A DNA stretch of 63,378 bases, counting the filler. It is 4 parts of 4 records of this genome, joined end to end, with 100 filler letters (N's around TTAATTAATTAA, not from the genome) between each part and the next. Parts side by side here need not be neighbours in the genome. Positions count along the whole stretch, not along the records: positions 38,721 to 58,178 come from SRR31156797_6465; 3 more parts are not named here. One strand, written 5' to 3'. Below are positions 42,455 to 51,263 of the stretch, one piece after another. The stretch's first letter is position 1. The number at the start of each line of letters is the position of its first letter. Both the position numbers and the translations under genes were made by a program. The notes beneath the pieces are model-generated. The model had not been told where the DNA came from. It searched no databases and was given only the letters and a program-made list of their open reading frames with translations.

Positions 42455-45367
42455 ATGGAAATGGTTGAACAAACTGAAACAATACAAGACAATAATGAAG
42501 CTAAAAATAAAATTGTGATTGTAGGAAATGGTCTTGATATAAGTATTGGATTGAAAAGTTCTTATGAACAATTTATTGATTATATAAAAGATAGAAATCA
42601 CTTTATTGAAGATCTGGAACTGTATGAATATAACCGTCTCTTTTTAAGAAGTTATGAAAACTTTAAATTGAATTGGTCTGATTTTGAAAGTTTATATGAA
42701 GAGACGGTTAGAAAGGTTAATAAACGTATGTCTCAGCATGAGGACTTACATGATTCCTTTGAAATCACAGTGATCAATGATGCAATAAAAAAATTGGAAA
42801 AAGATTTTTATGATTATATTTCTGATGAATACCAGCGATGGTTGCAACAAAATACTGTAGTCCAAAATGATTCAACATTTAAAAAGTTTTCAATGAAAAT
42901 AAATCCTGTCATAAAAGAACTTCTTAGTGACGATGATACTTTTTTTATTAATTTTAACTATACAGAAACATTAGAGGATATTGTTGAGGATGTCATATTT
43001 GAAAAAGTTCAGAAAGACAGTAGTATCGATGATAAGCTCAAAAACCGAGTAGCTAATAATCAGATTAGAAAGGCTAAAAACAGAATTGCGCACATTCATG
43101 GAAGCATTGATGAAGATAATATTCTTTTTGGAGGAGGATTTGCTGACAGAGAGGATACGGCAAATATCCATTATTCAAGATCATTATTAAATGATAAGTT
43201 ATTTAGAATTAAGGAAAATAACAAATTGAATATTACAAGGAAAACCATCATGGAGGAGTTAAACAAAAAAGAAGATGACTTTGATTTGTACATAATGGGA
43301 CATTCTTTGCAGGGAAGTGATTTTACTTTTTTAAGTAAAATACTGAAGAATGCTAAAAGGGTTTTTATTTTTTACTACGAAAACGATTATGCTGCAAAAA
43401 TGGAAGAGCTCATAAAAAGACTAGGCTCATCTATTATAGAAAAAGTTACTTTAGTTCCTTTTGTAGAAATTTTATTTGAAGACAAAGATGTGCTAATTGA
43501 TAATTATAATAAGTATGAGACAATTTTGCCTTTCATGGAAAATAAGTTTCCAAATGAACAGATCTTAAGAAACCTATCTTTAACTACATGTCATTTTAGC
43601 TTTAAACATATATCTGAATTAGCTATTACACCGAATAATATTAACGTAGTTGTAGAATTAATAAATAAACTGTATGAAAAAAAAGTAAAGATATCAGTAA
43701 AGAAATTGTCATTTTCAGGAGAACTAGAAGAGTGTGCTTTCGAAAATTTTAATAGTTCTAAAGCATTTATTGACCTTTTAGGATCTGTAGAACGAGTGTC
43801 GTTTGAAAAAACAGGCATTGATATTGGCTTCTTAAAAATTTTATTAGACAAATCCAAACGATTAAGCCATTTAACACTAGATGATTGTACTTTGTTGAAT
43901 AATGACTATCAGGAAGTTGATTTATCCGTGTGTGAATCTTTAACACGTTTAGAAGTAAGAGATTGTATATTTAATCCAGAAGATTTAGAAAAGTCGGTTA
44001 GTTTTGGTTCTAGTAACGCGGAACATTCTGTTGAAAAATTGGTTATTGATACAAATACGAATATTATTTTTGATAATTCTATGTTTGAACAAGCAAAGAA
44101 TTTAATCGACTTGTCAATTACACTTTCCGATACAGATATTCATTCAATTGAAGGGTATCTAAAAAATTTAGAGATCTTGTTTATTGATTGTTCCGCAGCA
44201 TCTTTTCCAAAGCTAACAGTGGGAGATAAAATCAAAGAAATAACAATTGTAGGTTACCCTAGAGAACAGCTCAAGCTCTCATCAATTTTAAAGAATACTG
44301 AGGTATCACTGGGATTTCCAAAATTTCAAATTTTGCAATTAAATAGTGCAGACAATATTACAGATTTCTCCCAAATTGATATCGATGTATTTGTGGATAT
44401 TTTTTCTCGAAATATCAAATTAATTCTTGATGGTCATAACATATCAATTGAAGAATATTATAATACGTATAAGCCACATCCATCCCAAACATTCTTAACG
44501 GAAACAAAGGATATAGTGAGAAAAACGTTGTTAGCTACTTTTAATAATGATATATATGCTTCGAACAATGTATTGGAAGAATTTAAAAACTGGTATGATG
44601 AAATTTCGAATCTCTCATTTGAAGAAGAGGATAGTAAATTTTTGGATTTTCTGGAGCAAAGAATAGCAACTACTTACCCTAAAGAGGGAGAAACAGTGGC
44701 GCCCGAAATAGATAGTGCAGATACAGGAAAGTTTGCGGCAAAGGAAGCGTCACATAAATATGGGACTACTCATGAATCCTTAAAAGTAACGGATGGAAAT
44801 TTTTTAGGCAGAATTGATAAAAAAGAAAAATCGTCTCAGTATGAAGATAATCATCTGATTTATGGTAAGAATATAGGGAAGCATGCTATACAGGAGACTT
44901 CAGAAAATTTTAAGATTTCTAAAATAACTAATTCTATAATTGATTATTCAAAAAGAAACATTACAAAATCTGAGGTAATCAATCTCTTGAAACAAAAAGA
45001 TAAGAAAGAGTTCATCATTGATTTATACGATAAAATTTTAAATAGCATAACTAGTCCTATCGATAAAGAAGTAGTAAACAACCTGAAACAACAATACTTT
45101 GGTAATGAAGTAGCTAGCATTTTAAGTGAATTTTCTCACGAATGGTGTGTTTCTGAAGAAGACCTAGAATTATCTAGTATGCAGTATAAAAAAGGAATGG
45201 ATACAATCCCTAATTTAAGAAAAATTATCGAAAATAAAGATTTTGAGGAATATAAAAAGAAACACCCTGAGAGTAATATCTTCAAATATTCGCAAGAATT
45301 AAAACACAATTGGCAGTCAGTACTTGAGAATAAACTGATTTTTATTAAAGAAGAACTCGAAGTATAA
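42455..45367 (+). CDS. AbiH-family (SIR2-like) protein fused to an LRR region and an HsdR-like C-terminal domain
   Basis: IVGNGLD, INFNYT, HIHG and IMGHSL AbiH motifs; LxxLxL repeats at about aa 386-632; C-terminus aligns with the HsdR C-terminus. Confidence 0.85.
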   Translation: MEMVEQTETIQDNNEAKNKIVIVGNGLDISIGLKSSYEQFIDYIKDRNHFIEDLELYEYNRLFLRSYENFKLNWSDFESLYEETVRKVNKRMSQHEDLHDSFEITVINDAIKKLEKDFYDYISDEYQRWLQQNTVVQNDSTFKKFSMKINPVIKELLSDDDTFFINFNYTETLEDIVEDVIFEKVQKDSSIDDKLKNRVANNQIRKAKNRIAHIHGSIDEDNILFGGGFADREDTANIHYSRSLLNDKLFRIKENNKLNITRKTIMEELNKKEDDFDLYIMGHSLQGSDFTFLSKILKNAKRVFIFYYENDYAAKMEELIKRLGSSIIEKVTLVPFVEILFEDKDVLIDNYNKYETILPFMENKFPNEQILRNLSLTTCHFSFKHISELAITPNNINVVVELINKLYEKKVKISVKKLSFSGELEECAFENFNSSKAFIDLLGSVERVSFEKTGIDIGFLKILLDKSKRLSHLTLDDCTLLNNDYQEVDLSVCESLTRLEVRDCIFNPEDLEKSVSFGSSNAEHSVEKLVIDTNTNIIFDNSMFEQAKNLIDLSITLSDTDIHSIEGYLKNLEILFIDCSAASFPKLTVGDKIKEITIVGYPREQLKLSSILKNTEVSLGFPKFQILQLNSADNITDFSQIDIDVFVDIFSRNIKLILDGHNISIEEYYNTYKPHPSQTFLTETKDIVRKTLLATFNNDIYASNNVLEEFKNWYDEISNLSFEEEDSKFLDFLEQRIATTYPKEGETVAPEIDSADTGKFAAKEASHKYGTTHESLKVTDGNFLGRIDKKEKSSQYEDNHLIYGKNIGKHAIQETSENFKISKITNSIIDYSKRNITKSEVINLLKQKDKKEFIIDLYDKILNSITSPIDKEVVNNLKQQYFGNEVASILSEFSHEWCVSEEDLELSSMQYKKGMDTIPNLRKIIENKDFEEYKKKHPESNIFKYSQELKHNWQSVLENKLIFIKEELEV

Positions 45368-45414
45368 GTGTTACTTTAAAACAACATTCAATAGCTGCAA
45401 AGGAGGACAAGTAC

Positions 45415-46347
45415 TTGGTGCTTTATCAATTAAGCAATCAAAAAATGGAAGAGATTGAAGAAGAAGTTTTTGTGAAAGAAAAACAGTTACAAGCCATTAT
45501 CGAAGAAAACTTAGAGATTTTGTTTAATTTACTCTTTGTAGCCTCTGAGTTTCCTGTAGGGAATTTTCGTTTAGATACTGTTGCCTATGATCCTGATACA
45601 AAAAGTTTTGTGATTATAGAGTATAAAAAAGGAAAGAGATACAGTGTCATTGACCAAGGATATGCCTATCTTAATACATTATTGGCTCATAAGGGTGAAT
45701 TTGTACTTAAGTACAATGAGCGTTATCCAGAAAATTTAAAACGAATTGACGAGATTGATTGGTCTCAGACACGTATTATTTTTGTCGCTAATGAGTATAC
45801 AAATTATCAATACGGAGCAGTCAACAATCCCAATCTACCTATCGAGTTGGTCATTGCGAAAAAGTACAAAAATAATTTGATCAATATAGAATCTTTAACA
45901 AAAACAAACAGCACTATTGAACCAATTAAGAAGGTAGAAAAGACGTCTTCTGAGCAAGGGCTATCGAAAGAAATAAGCATTTATACAGAGCAAGAACACC
46001 TGCTAAAAGGATCAGAAGAGATTCAAGAATTGTATTTAGAATTAAAAGAAATTATATTGAGCTGGGATAGCGACATTAAGGTAAAAGCTGTGAAGTTATA
46101 CAATTCGTTTAAACTCAAGCGAAACATCGTTGATATTCAAATCCAAAAAAATGCTTTGAAAATTTGGATTAATCTAAAGACAGGTCAGTTAAATGATTCA
46201 CGAAATGTGGCGAGAAATGTGAGTGAAATCGGACATTGGGGAAACGGGGATTATGAGATCGTTATAAAAGATAATCGAGAGATTGAGTATATTGCTAGTT
46301 TGATTAAACAGTCTTGGATGAACTATAAAAATCAACAAGGAGAATAG
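45415..46347 (+). CDS. NucS/EndoMS-like PD-(D/E)xK nuclease domain plus DUF5655-like domain
   Basis: EKQLQ...RLDTVA...IIEYKK...DQGYAY nuclease motifs; C-terminal RNVSEIGHWGNGDYE; AAGGAGG RBS. Confidence 0.75.
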   Translation: MVLYQLSNQKMEEIEEEVFVKEKQLQAIIEENLEILFNLLFVASEFPVGNFRLDTVAYDPDTKSFVIIEYKKGKRYSVIDQGYAYLNTLLAHKGEFVLKYNERYPENLKRIDEIDWSQTRIIFVANEYTNYQYGAVNNPNLPIELVIAKKYKNNLINIESLTKTNSTIEPIKKVEKTSSEQGLSKEISIYTEQEHLLKGSEEIQELYLELKEIILSWDSDIKVKAVKLYNSFKLKRNIVDIQIQKNALKIWINLKTGQLNDSRNVARNVSEIGHWGNGDYEIVIKDNREIEYIASLIKQSWMNYKNQQGE

Positions 46348-46427
46348 TATATGACGGGCATTCTTCTTTGATTTTTATCTAATAGAGTATCGGTTCATTT
46401 AGTTTAAATTCTGAAATTTAATACGTG

Positions 46428-46477
46428 TAAGTCTCGCTATAATCTTGAAGGTCTTTTCAAGATTATAGCGAGACTTA
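46428..46477. repeat. Perfect 22-bp inverted repeat with a 6-nt loop
   Basis: TAAGTCTCGCTATAATCTTGAA-GGTCTT-TTCAAGATTATAGCGAGACTTA. Confidence 0.9.
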
Positions 46478-46638
46478 GTATAAAATAAGAGTCATATTAC
46501 ATAGAGAATGTAAAAAAATCTGCTATTTCAAACACGTTTGCTTCAAAATAGATTACATGCACTCTAAGTAAATATATGAAAAACCAATTCTCTATCAAAA
46601 ACTCTTATCCCTAAAAAACGAAAGGAACTACACCTACC

Positions 46639-46974
46639 ATGCAAAACCAACCCTCTTCAATGGAACGGATCAATAAATTCCGAGATGATCGCAATTGGCG
46701 ACAATTTCATAATGAAAAAGATCTAGCTATTTCTATCTCCATCGAAGCCGCCGAATTGTTGGAGATTTTTCAATGGAAAACACCTAAAGAAGCCACTCAA
46801 GATTTCGAACATTTAAAAGAAGAAATTGCCGATGTTCTGATTTATTCCTATATGCTGGCAGACAATTTGGGTCTTGATATTGATGAGATCATCAAAGAAA
46901 AGCTGGAAAAAAACAACATGAAGTATCCGGTAAAAGAAAGTAAAGATTCGAAAAAGAAGTATAATGAGTTGTAA
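46639..46974 (+). CDS. MazG-like nucleotide pyrophosphohydrolase
   Basis: RNWRQFH, EAAELLE, EEIADV, KYP. Confidence 0.92.
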   Translation: MQNQPSSMERINKFRDDRNWRQFHNEKDLAISISIEAAELLEIFQWKTPKEATQDFEHLKEEIADVLIYSYMLADNLGLDIDEIIKEKLEKNNMKYPVKESKDSKKKYNEL

Positions 46975-46975
46975 C

Positions 46976-47018
46976 AAAAAAAGAAGCAAGGACGTTGCAA
47001 GTTCTTGCTTCTTTTTTT
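46976..47018. terminator. Bidirectional intrinsic terminator
   Basis: A-tract-GAAGCAAG...CTTGCTTC-T-tract. Confidence 0.8.
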
Positions 47019-47099
47019 GATGGAATAGTAGCAACAATGGCTTTCTGAATTCATCAGTGATTGGTTACGAACGTCAAAAATCTGACATAATTGAGAAAG

Positions 47100-47190
47100 T
47101 TGAAGATAACTTCAAATTGGTTACATTTTTTCGGAAATTTGAAGATAACTTCAAATAAGCCCAATTTTTTATAAAAAATGAAGTTAGACC
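47100..47190. repeat. Palindromic repeat with 39-bp period (two exact copies, one degenerate)
   Basis: TTGAAGATAACTTCAAAT at 47100 and 47139; TGAAGTTA at 47179. Confidence 0.7.
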
Positions 47191-47458
47191 TACTGTCTGC
47201 TCGAGCAAAAACAAGATTATCCTATCCGAAAATGAAGACAAGATCATCGGGAAAAAATCGGCAACAATGAAGGGCGTTTTCTATCAAAAAGATTTCTCCC
47301 CAAAAACCTAAAAAACCTATTGCCCCCCCAAGCCCACTTACTGTATAGTAAACAAGAATATTTCATGAAAATAACCAAAAATAACTAATTAAAAAGACTT
47401 TGTTATTGAAAATTGCGATTAAACGATGCTGTAAACGGAATGTAAGAAGGAGAAAACA

Positions 47459-48202
47459 ATGACGTATTTAACAAACAATTTTGTGAATTGCATGATCACT
47501 TTAGGGTTTATCTTCATCCATCTATTTTCAAATGTTATCTCATCCAGAAAACTAAACGTGCAATACATGAGCTCCTTTGCCGCTGGGGTAGGAATCTCCT
47601 ATGCGATCGTTCATCTATTGCCCCATTTGGCGTATTTTCAAACGGTGTTGATTGATGAATTTGGCTGGGACTCGGGGATTTTTTATAGTCATGGGGTCTA
47701 TGGCATCGTTTTGTTTGGCTTAGTCTTCAGTTACGTGATCTACAAAATCGATGAGCGGACGTTTATGGTGTTAGAAAAGAAAGACATCACCAGTGCCAAA
47801 AACGCCTTTTTTTGGTCGGATATCGCTTTTCATGTGATTTATAATATTATGATCGGCTATATCGTGATTGCCAATACGCTATCAGAGCGTTTCTACATTT
47901 TGACCTACTTTATCGCTTTTGGTTTGCACTTTCTCATGAACGATTGGTTGCTCTATCACCATCATGGTGCCCTTTATAACAAATATGGCCGCTTTGTGCT
48001 TTCCTTCAGTATTTTCGCGGGAGCGGCGTTCTCCCTCTTTGTATCATTGCCCTACTATTTGGTGGTCATCATTGAAGCCTTGATCACCGGCGCTTTGCTG
48101 GTGAATATCATCAAATTTGAGTTACCCAATGAAGGGGAAGGCAGTATTCGTGGGCTATTGGTAGGCACGATCTGCTCTGGAATTTTGTTTGTATTTGTCT
48201 AA
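47459..48202 (+). CDS. Polytopic membrane protein, ZIP-like
   Basis: SFAAGV..SY..VHLLP, LHFLMND, LYHHH, KFELP; about 8 TM segments. Confidence 0.6.
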   Translation: MTYLTNNFVNCMITLGFIFIHLFSNVISSRKLNVQYMSSFAAGVGISYAIVHLLPHLAYFQTVLIDEFGWDSGIFYSHGVYGIVLFGLVFSYVIYKIDERTFMVLEKKDITSAKNAFFWSDIAFHVIYNIMIGYIVIANTLSERFYILTYFIAFGLHFLMNDWLLYHHHGALYNKYGRFVLSFSIFAGAAFSLFVSLPYYLVVIIEALITGALLVNIIKFELPNEGEGSIRGLLVGTICSGILFVFV

Positions 48203-48206
48203 CGCG

Positions 48207-48249
48207 AAAAGGAGGACTGAATCATGGATGATTCGGTCCTCCTTTTTTT
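48207..48249 (+). terminator. Intrinsic terminator
   Basis: AAAAGGAGGACTGAATC...GATTCGGTCCTCCTTTTT. Confidence 0.8.
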
Positions 48250-48350
48250 ATAAATACGCAAAGTAATTACTATTTTCTATTTCAATCGAACAAATCACAA
48301 TAGTTTTTTATTTTTTTGACCATTATTTACAATTTTGTTACGATGTTCGC

Positions 48351-48392
48351 TTGCTTTTCCCAAAAACATTCTATAAAATGTAAGCGAATAGA
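48351..48392 (+). promoter_or_regulatory. SigA promoter with an overlapping putative cre (CcpA) site
   Basis: TTGCTT-17-TAAAAT; ATGTAAGCGAATAGAA matches the cre consensus with one mismatch; upstream of a sugar PTS gene. Confidence 0.55.
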
Positions 48393-48909
48393 AACCAAAA
48401 AAATAGGCACCTCGTATCTCTGCGCCAACAGATTTACGAGGCCCTGATCAGTCACACCCTTAAGACGGATGACCAATCAAGTTGCCATAGTTGATCGCCA
48501 AAGGCATCAACGTGTTTATTGTACCCGATTTCCTTGTCGATTTCTAGTAGATTCAGGCAGGTTTTTGGGCAAAAACCGTGGGATGCTGGACGCTTATTTT
48601 GCTATGCCAAAGGCATTGGACAATCTTGTCCAATGCCTTTTTTGTCGTTTGAAACGGTTCATGCGCAGGATCGTTTGCGGCAAATAAAAGGTGTGAAGAT
48701 CAGTTGAGAACAGTTGCATGGAAAATAGGCAGTCATAGTTGAGAAATCCAATGCCTTGCGTTCTTACTGTGTTCATAGCAATAGCGTTTTGGCGATCAGC
48801 ACTTCAATCCTAGGTTCTTGAAGGTGGCAAGCCTTGGTTTCTATTCACACTTCGAAAAGATACCTGAACGCACTCTTTCAGCGATCTTTTAAGGTTAAGG
48901 AGGAAGCTT

Positions 48910-50190
48910 ATGAAGGATTCGTTAAAGAAATTTATGGAAGAAAAAATGCTGCCATGGGGAATGAAAATTGGCAGTGAAAAGCATCTAGTTGCCATCCGTG
49001 ATGGACTTGTCACCACGATGCCTTTGATTATTATCGGTTCCATTTTTGTTATTTTATCCAACGTTCCATGGGAAGGCTTTAACCTATTTGTTACTAGTAT
49101 TTTTGGCGGGGAATGGCGCAGCAAATTAGACTTTGTCGTCCAAGTGACCTTTGGTGTGATGGCGCTGTTCAATTCCTTTGCTATTGCGTATAGTTTAGCA
49201 ACCACTTACCGCGTCAGCGGTTTATCTGCCGGTGTATTGGCAGCGTCGGTTTTTCTTTTAGTCACTCCGATTGAAGATGGCGGCATTCAAATGTCTTATC
49301 TTGGTAGCCGCGGGCTGATCGTAGCAATCATCACTAGTCTAATCACGGCGGAGATTTTCCGATTATTCGTACAAAAGAATATCGTGATTCGCATGCCAGA
49401 AAACGTTCCCCCGGCGGTCAGTCGCTCCTTTATTGCATTGATCCCCTCATTCTTTTGCCTCTCGCTTTTCTGGGTGATTCGTTTATTAGTGGAATCATTC
49501 GGCAACACGAATGTTCATGATCTGCTGTACAGCCTTGTGGGACAACCTTTATCGATCATTGGCGGAGGCTTTATAGGTGGTCTATTTGCCATTATGTTTA
49601 CGTCATTGTTTTGGTCAGTGGGCATCCACGGTTGGGACTTGGTCTTGAGCGTCCTGCAGCCGACATGGATTCAAATGATCGATGAAAATCGGATCGCTTT
49701 TCAAAACGGCGAAACGATTCCGCATATCATCAATTATACCTTTATGAATACCTTTGTCTGGATTGGCGGTAGTGGGGTGATTTTGGGCTTGGCGATCTTG
49801 CTATTAGTCAGAAGTAAAAGTAAGTATTTAAAAGAGTTGGGGAAACTCGGATTTCCATCAACGGTTTTTAATGTCAATGAACCCATCATGTTTGGGTTGC
49901 CTGTTGTCATGAATCCATTGATTTTGTTCCCATATATTCTGACGCCGGTCGTGTGCTATGTCATCTCTTATACGACAGTTGCCATGGGGATCGTCCAACC
50001 TGCCGTCGTTTTGGTTCCCTGGTCGATGCCGCCAATCATCGGCGGTTATCTAGCCACAGGCGGACATATTTCGGGGGCAATCTTACAGCTGGTGAATCTG
50101 ACGGTTTCTATCGCCATCTATTATCCATTCTTCAAAATGCTAGATAATCGGACATTAGCCAGTGAACTCGGTTCAGAAAGTGGGGCATAA
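48910..50190 (+). CDS. PTS lactose/cellobiose-family IIC component
   Basis: AIRDG, MPENVPPAV, GIHG, IGGSG, FNVNEPIMFGLP, YYPF. Confidence 0.93.
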   Translation: MKDSLKKFMEEKMLPWGMKIGSEKHLVAIRDGLVTTMPLIIIGSIFVILSNVPWEGFNLFVTSIFGGEWRSKLDFVVQVTFGVMALFNSFAIAYSLATTYRVSGLSAGVLAASVFLLVTPIEDGGIQMSYLGSRGLIVAIITSLITAEIFRLFVQKNIVIRMPENVPPAVSRSFIALIPSFFCLSLFWVIRLLVESFGNTNVHDLLYSLVGQPLSIIGGGFIGGLFAIMFTSLFWSVGIHGWDLVLSVLQPTWIQMIDENRIAFQNGETIPHIINYTFMNTFVWIGGSGVILGLAILLLVRSKSKYLKELGKLGFPSTVFNVNEPIMFGLPVVMNPLILFPYILTPVVCYVISYTTVAMGIVQPAVVLVPWSMPPIIGGYLATGGHISGAILQLVNLTVSIAIYYPFFKMLDNRTLASELGSESGA

Positions 50191-50191
50191 A

Positions 50192-51091
50192 ATGAAGACA
50201 AAACGATTATTGAATTGCACGGCAGCTGATTTTAAATCATTTGATAAAGACCAACTATTGGAAAGTATCCGAGGAAGTGCCGGTCGGACGATCGTAGCAG
50301 AAAATGATGTCCAAATCGATCCGATGTCTAGAGGAATCACTAATGCTGAATTCGTCGCTGCATTTGGGGCGGATTTGATTTTGCTGAACCTTTTTGATTG
50401 CGAAAACGGCGCTATCAAAGGTTTACCGACAACGGATGACCCGATTCGCTTTTTGCAGTGCTTAACGGGGCGGCCTATTGGGGTCAATCTTGAGCCTGTC
50501 GACGATTGTGCGGAACAGATGGAACAGTTGACAACTATCGCTACTGGGCGTTTGGCAACAAAGAAAAACATGGCTCGTGCAGAAGCACTTGGATTTGATT
50601 TTATCTGTCTGACAGGAAATCCTTCCACTGGCGTTTCAAATAAGGAAATCACAGCGGCAATCAAACAAGCAAGAGCCATTTTCTCTGGGATCATTATTGC
50701 TGGAAAAATGCACGGAGCTGGTGTCAATGAACCCGTGTTAGATGAAGAAATTGCGTCTGCGTTCATTCAAGCTGGAGCCGATGTTATTCTTGTACCCATT
50801 GCGGGCACGATTCCTGGGCTGAGTGAACAACACATGAGTGATCTAGTGGCCTTTATCCACCAAAAAGAGAAGTTGGTCATGGGCACCATCGGTACTACAC
50901 AAGAAGGTGCAGATATAGGCACGATCCGTGCCTTGGCATTGACTAGCAAACGTGCCGGTTGCGACCTTCATCATATCGGAGATGCGGGTTTTTCTGGGAC
51001 CGCTGATCCCGAGAACATCTTGCAACTATCCATCGCCATCAGAGGTAAGCGCCATACCTATCACCGAATGGCCGTCTCAGTGAATCGATAG
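50192..51091 (+). CDS. Uncharacterised TIM-barrel protein (PEP-mutase-like annotation family)
   Basis: GADLILLN, GVNLEP, LTGNP, AGKMHGAG, HHIGDAG; ATG 1 nt after the IIC stop. Confidence 0.7.
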   Translation: MKTKRLLNCTAADFKSFDKDQLLESIRGSAGRTIVAENDVQIDPMSRGITNAEFVAAFGADLILLNLFDCENGAIKGLPTTDDPIRFLQCLTGRPIGVNLEPVDDCAEQMEQLTTIATGRLATKKNMARAEALGFDFICLTGNPSTGVSNKEITAAIKQARAIFSGIIIAGKMHGAGVNEPVLDEEIASAFIQAGADVILVPIAGTIPGLSEQHMSDLVAFIHQKEKLVMGTIGTTQEGADIGTIRALALTSKRAGCDLHHIGDAGFSGTADPENILQLSIAIRGKRHTYHRMAVSVNR

Positions 51092-51169
51092 GTGGAACAA
51101 ATCGGCACATGACTATGAAATGCAAGAAGTGTTAGAAGAATTTTTCGTTGAATGTTGAATAATGAAGCA

Positions 51170-51208
51170 AGACCGAAACAGAGAGTGAACTCTTTGTTTC
51201 GGTTTTTT
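51170..51208 (+). terminator. Intrinsic terminator
   Basis: ACCGAAACAGAGAG-TGAA-CTCTTTGTTTCGGT plus T tract. Confidence 0.8.
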
Positions 51209-51263
51209 ATAGTGAGTAGCATTGAAGTGTGGATAAAGTGTTTTTATAATAAATCTATCGGAG

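Noticed and set aside
44960-45367. HsdR-like tail as an assembly duplication artefact
   Set aside because: The copies differ at about half of their residues and are in frame within an intact ORF, which indicates an old, retained domain duplication
47100-47190. CRISPR array interpretation of the 39-bp repeats
   Set aside because: Only two exact 18-bp repeats, spacers of about 21 nt, and no cas genes
48469-48776. Three short overlapping ORFs in the PTS leader
   Set aside because: No clear RBS or recognisable motifs, and they overlap each other; more likely non-coding
50173-51025. Antisense ORFs up to 197 aa, and similar shadow ORFs within the P-type ATPase, MFS, hsdR and uvrA genes
   Set aside because: They lie opposite well-supported genes and are explained by codon bias
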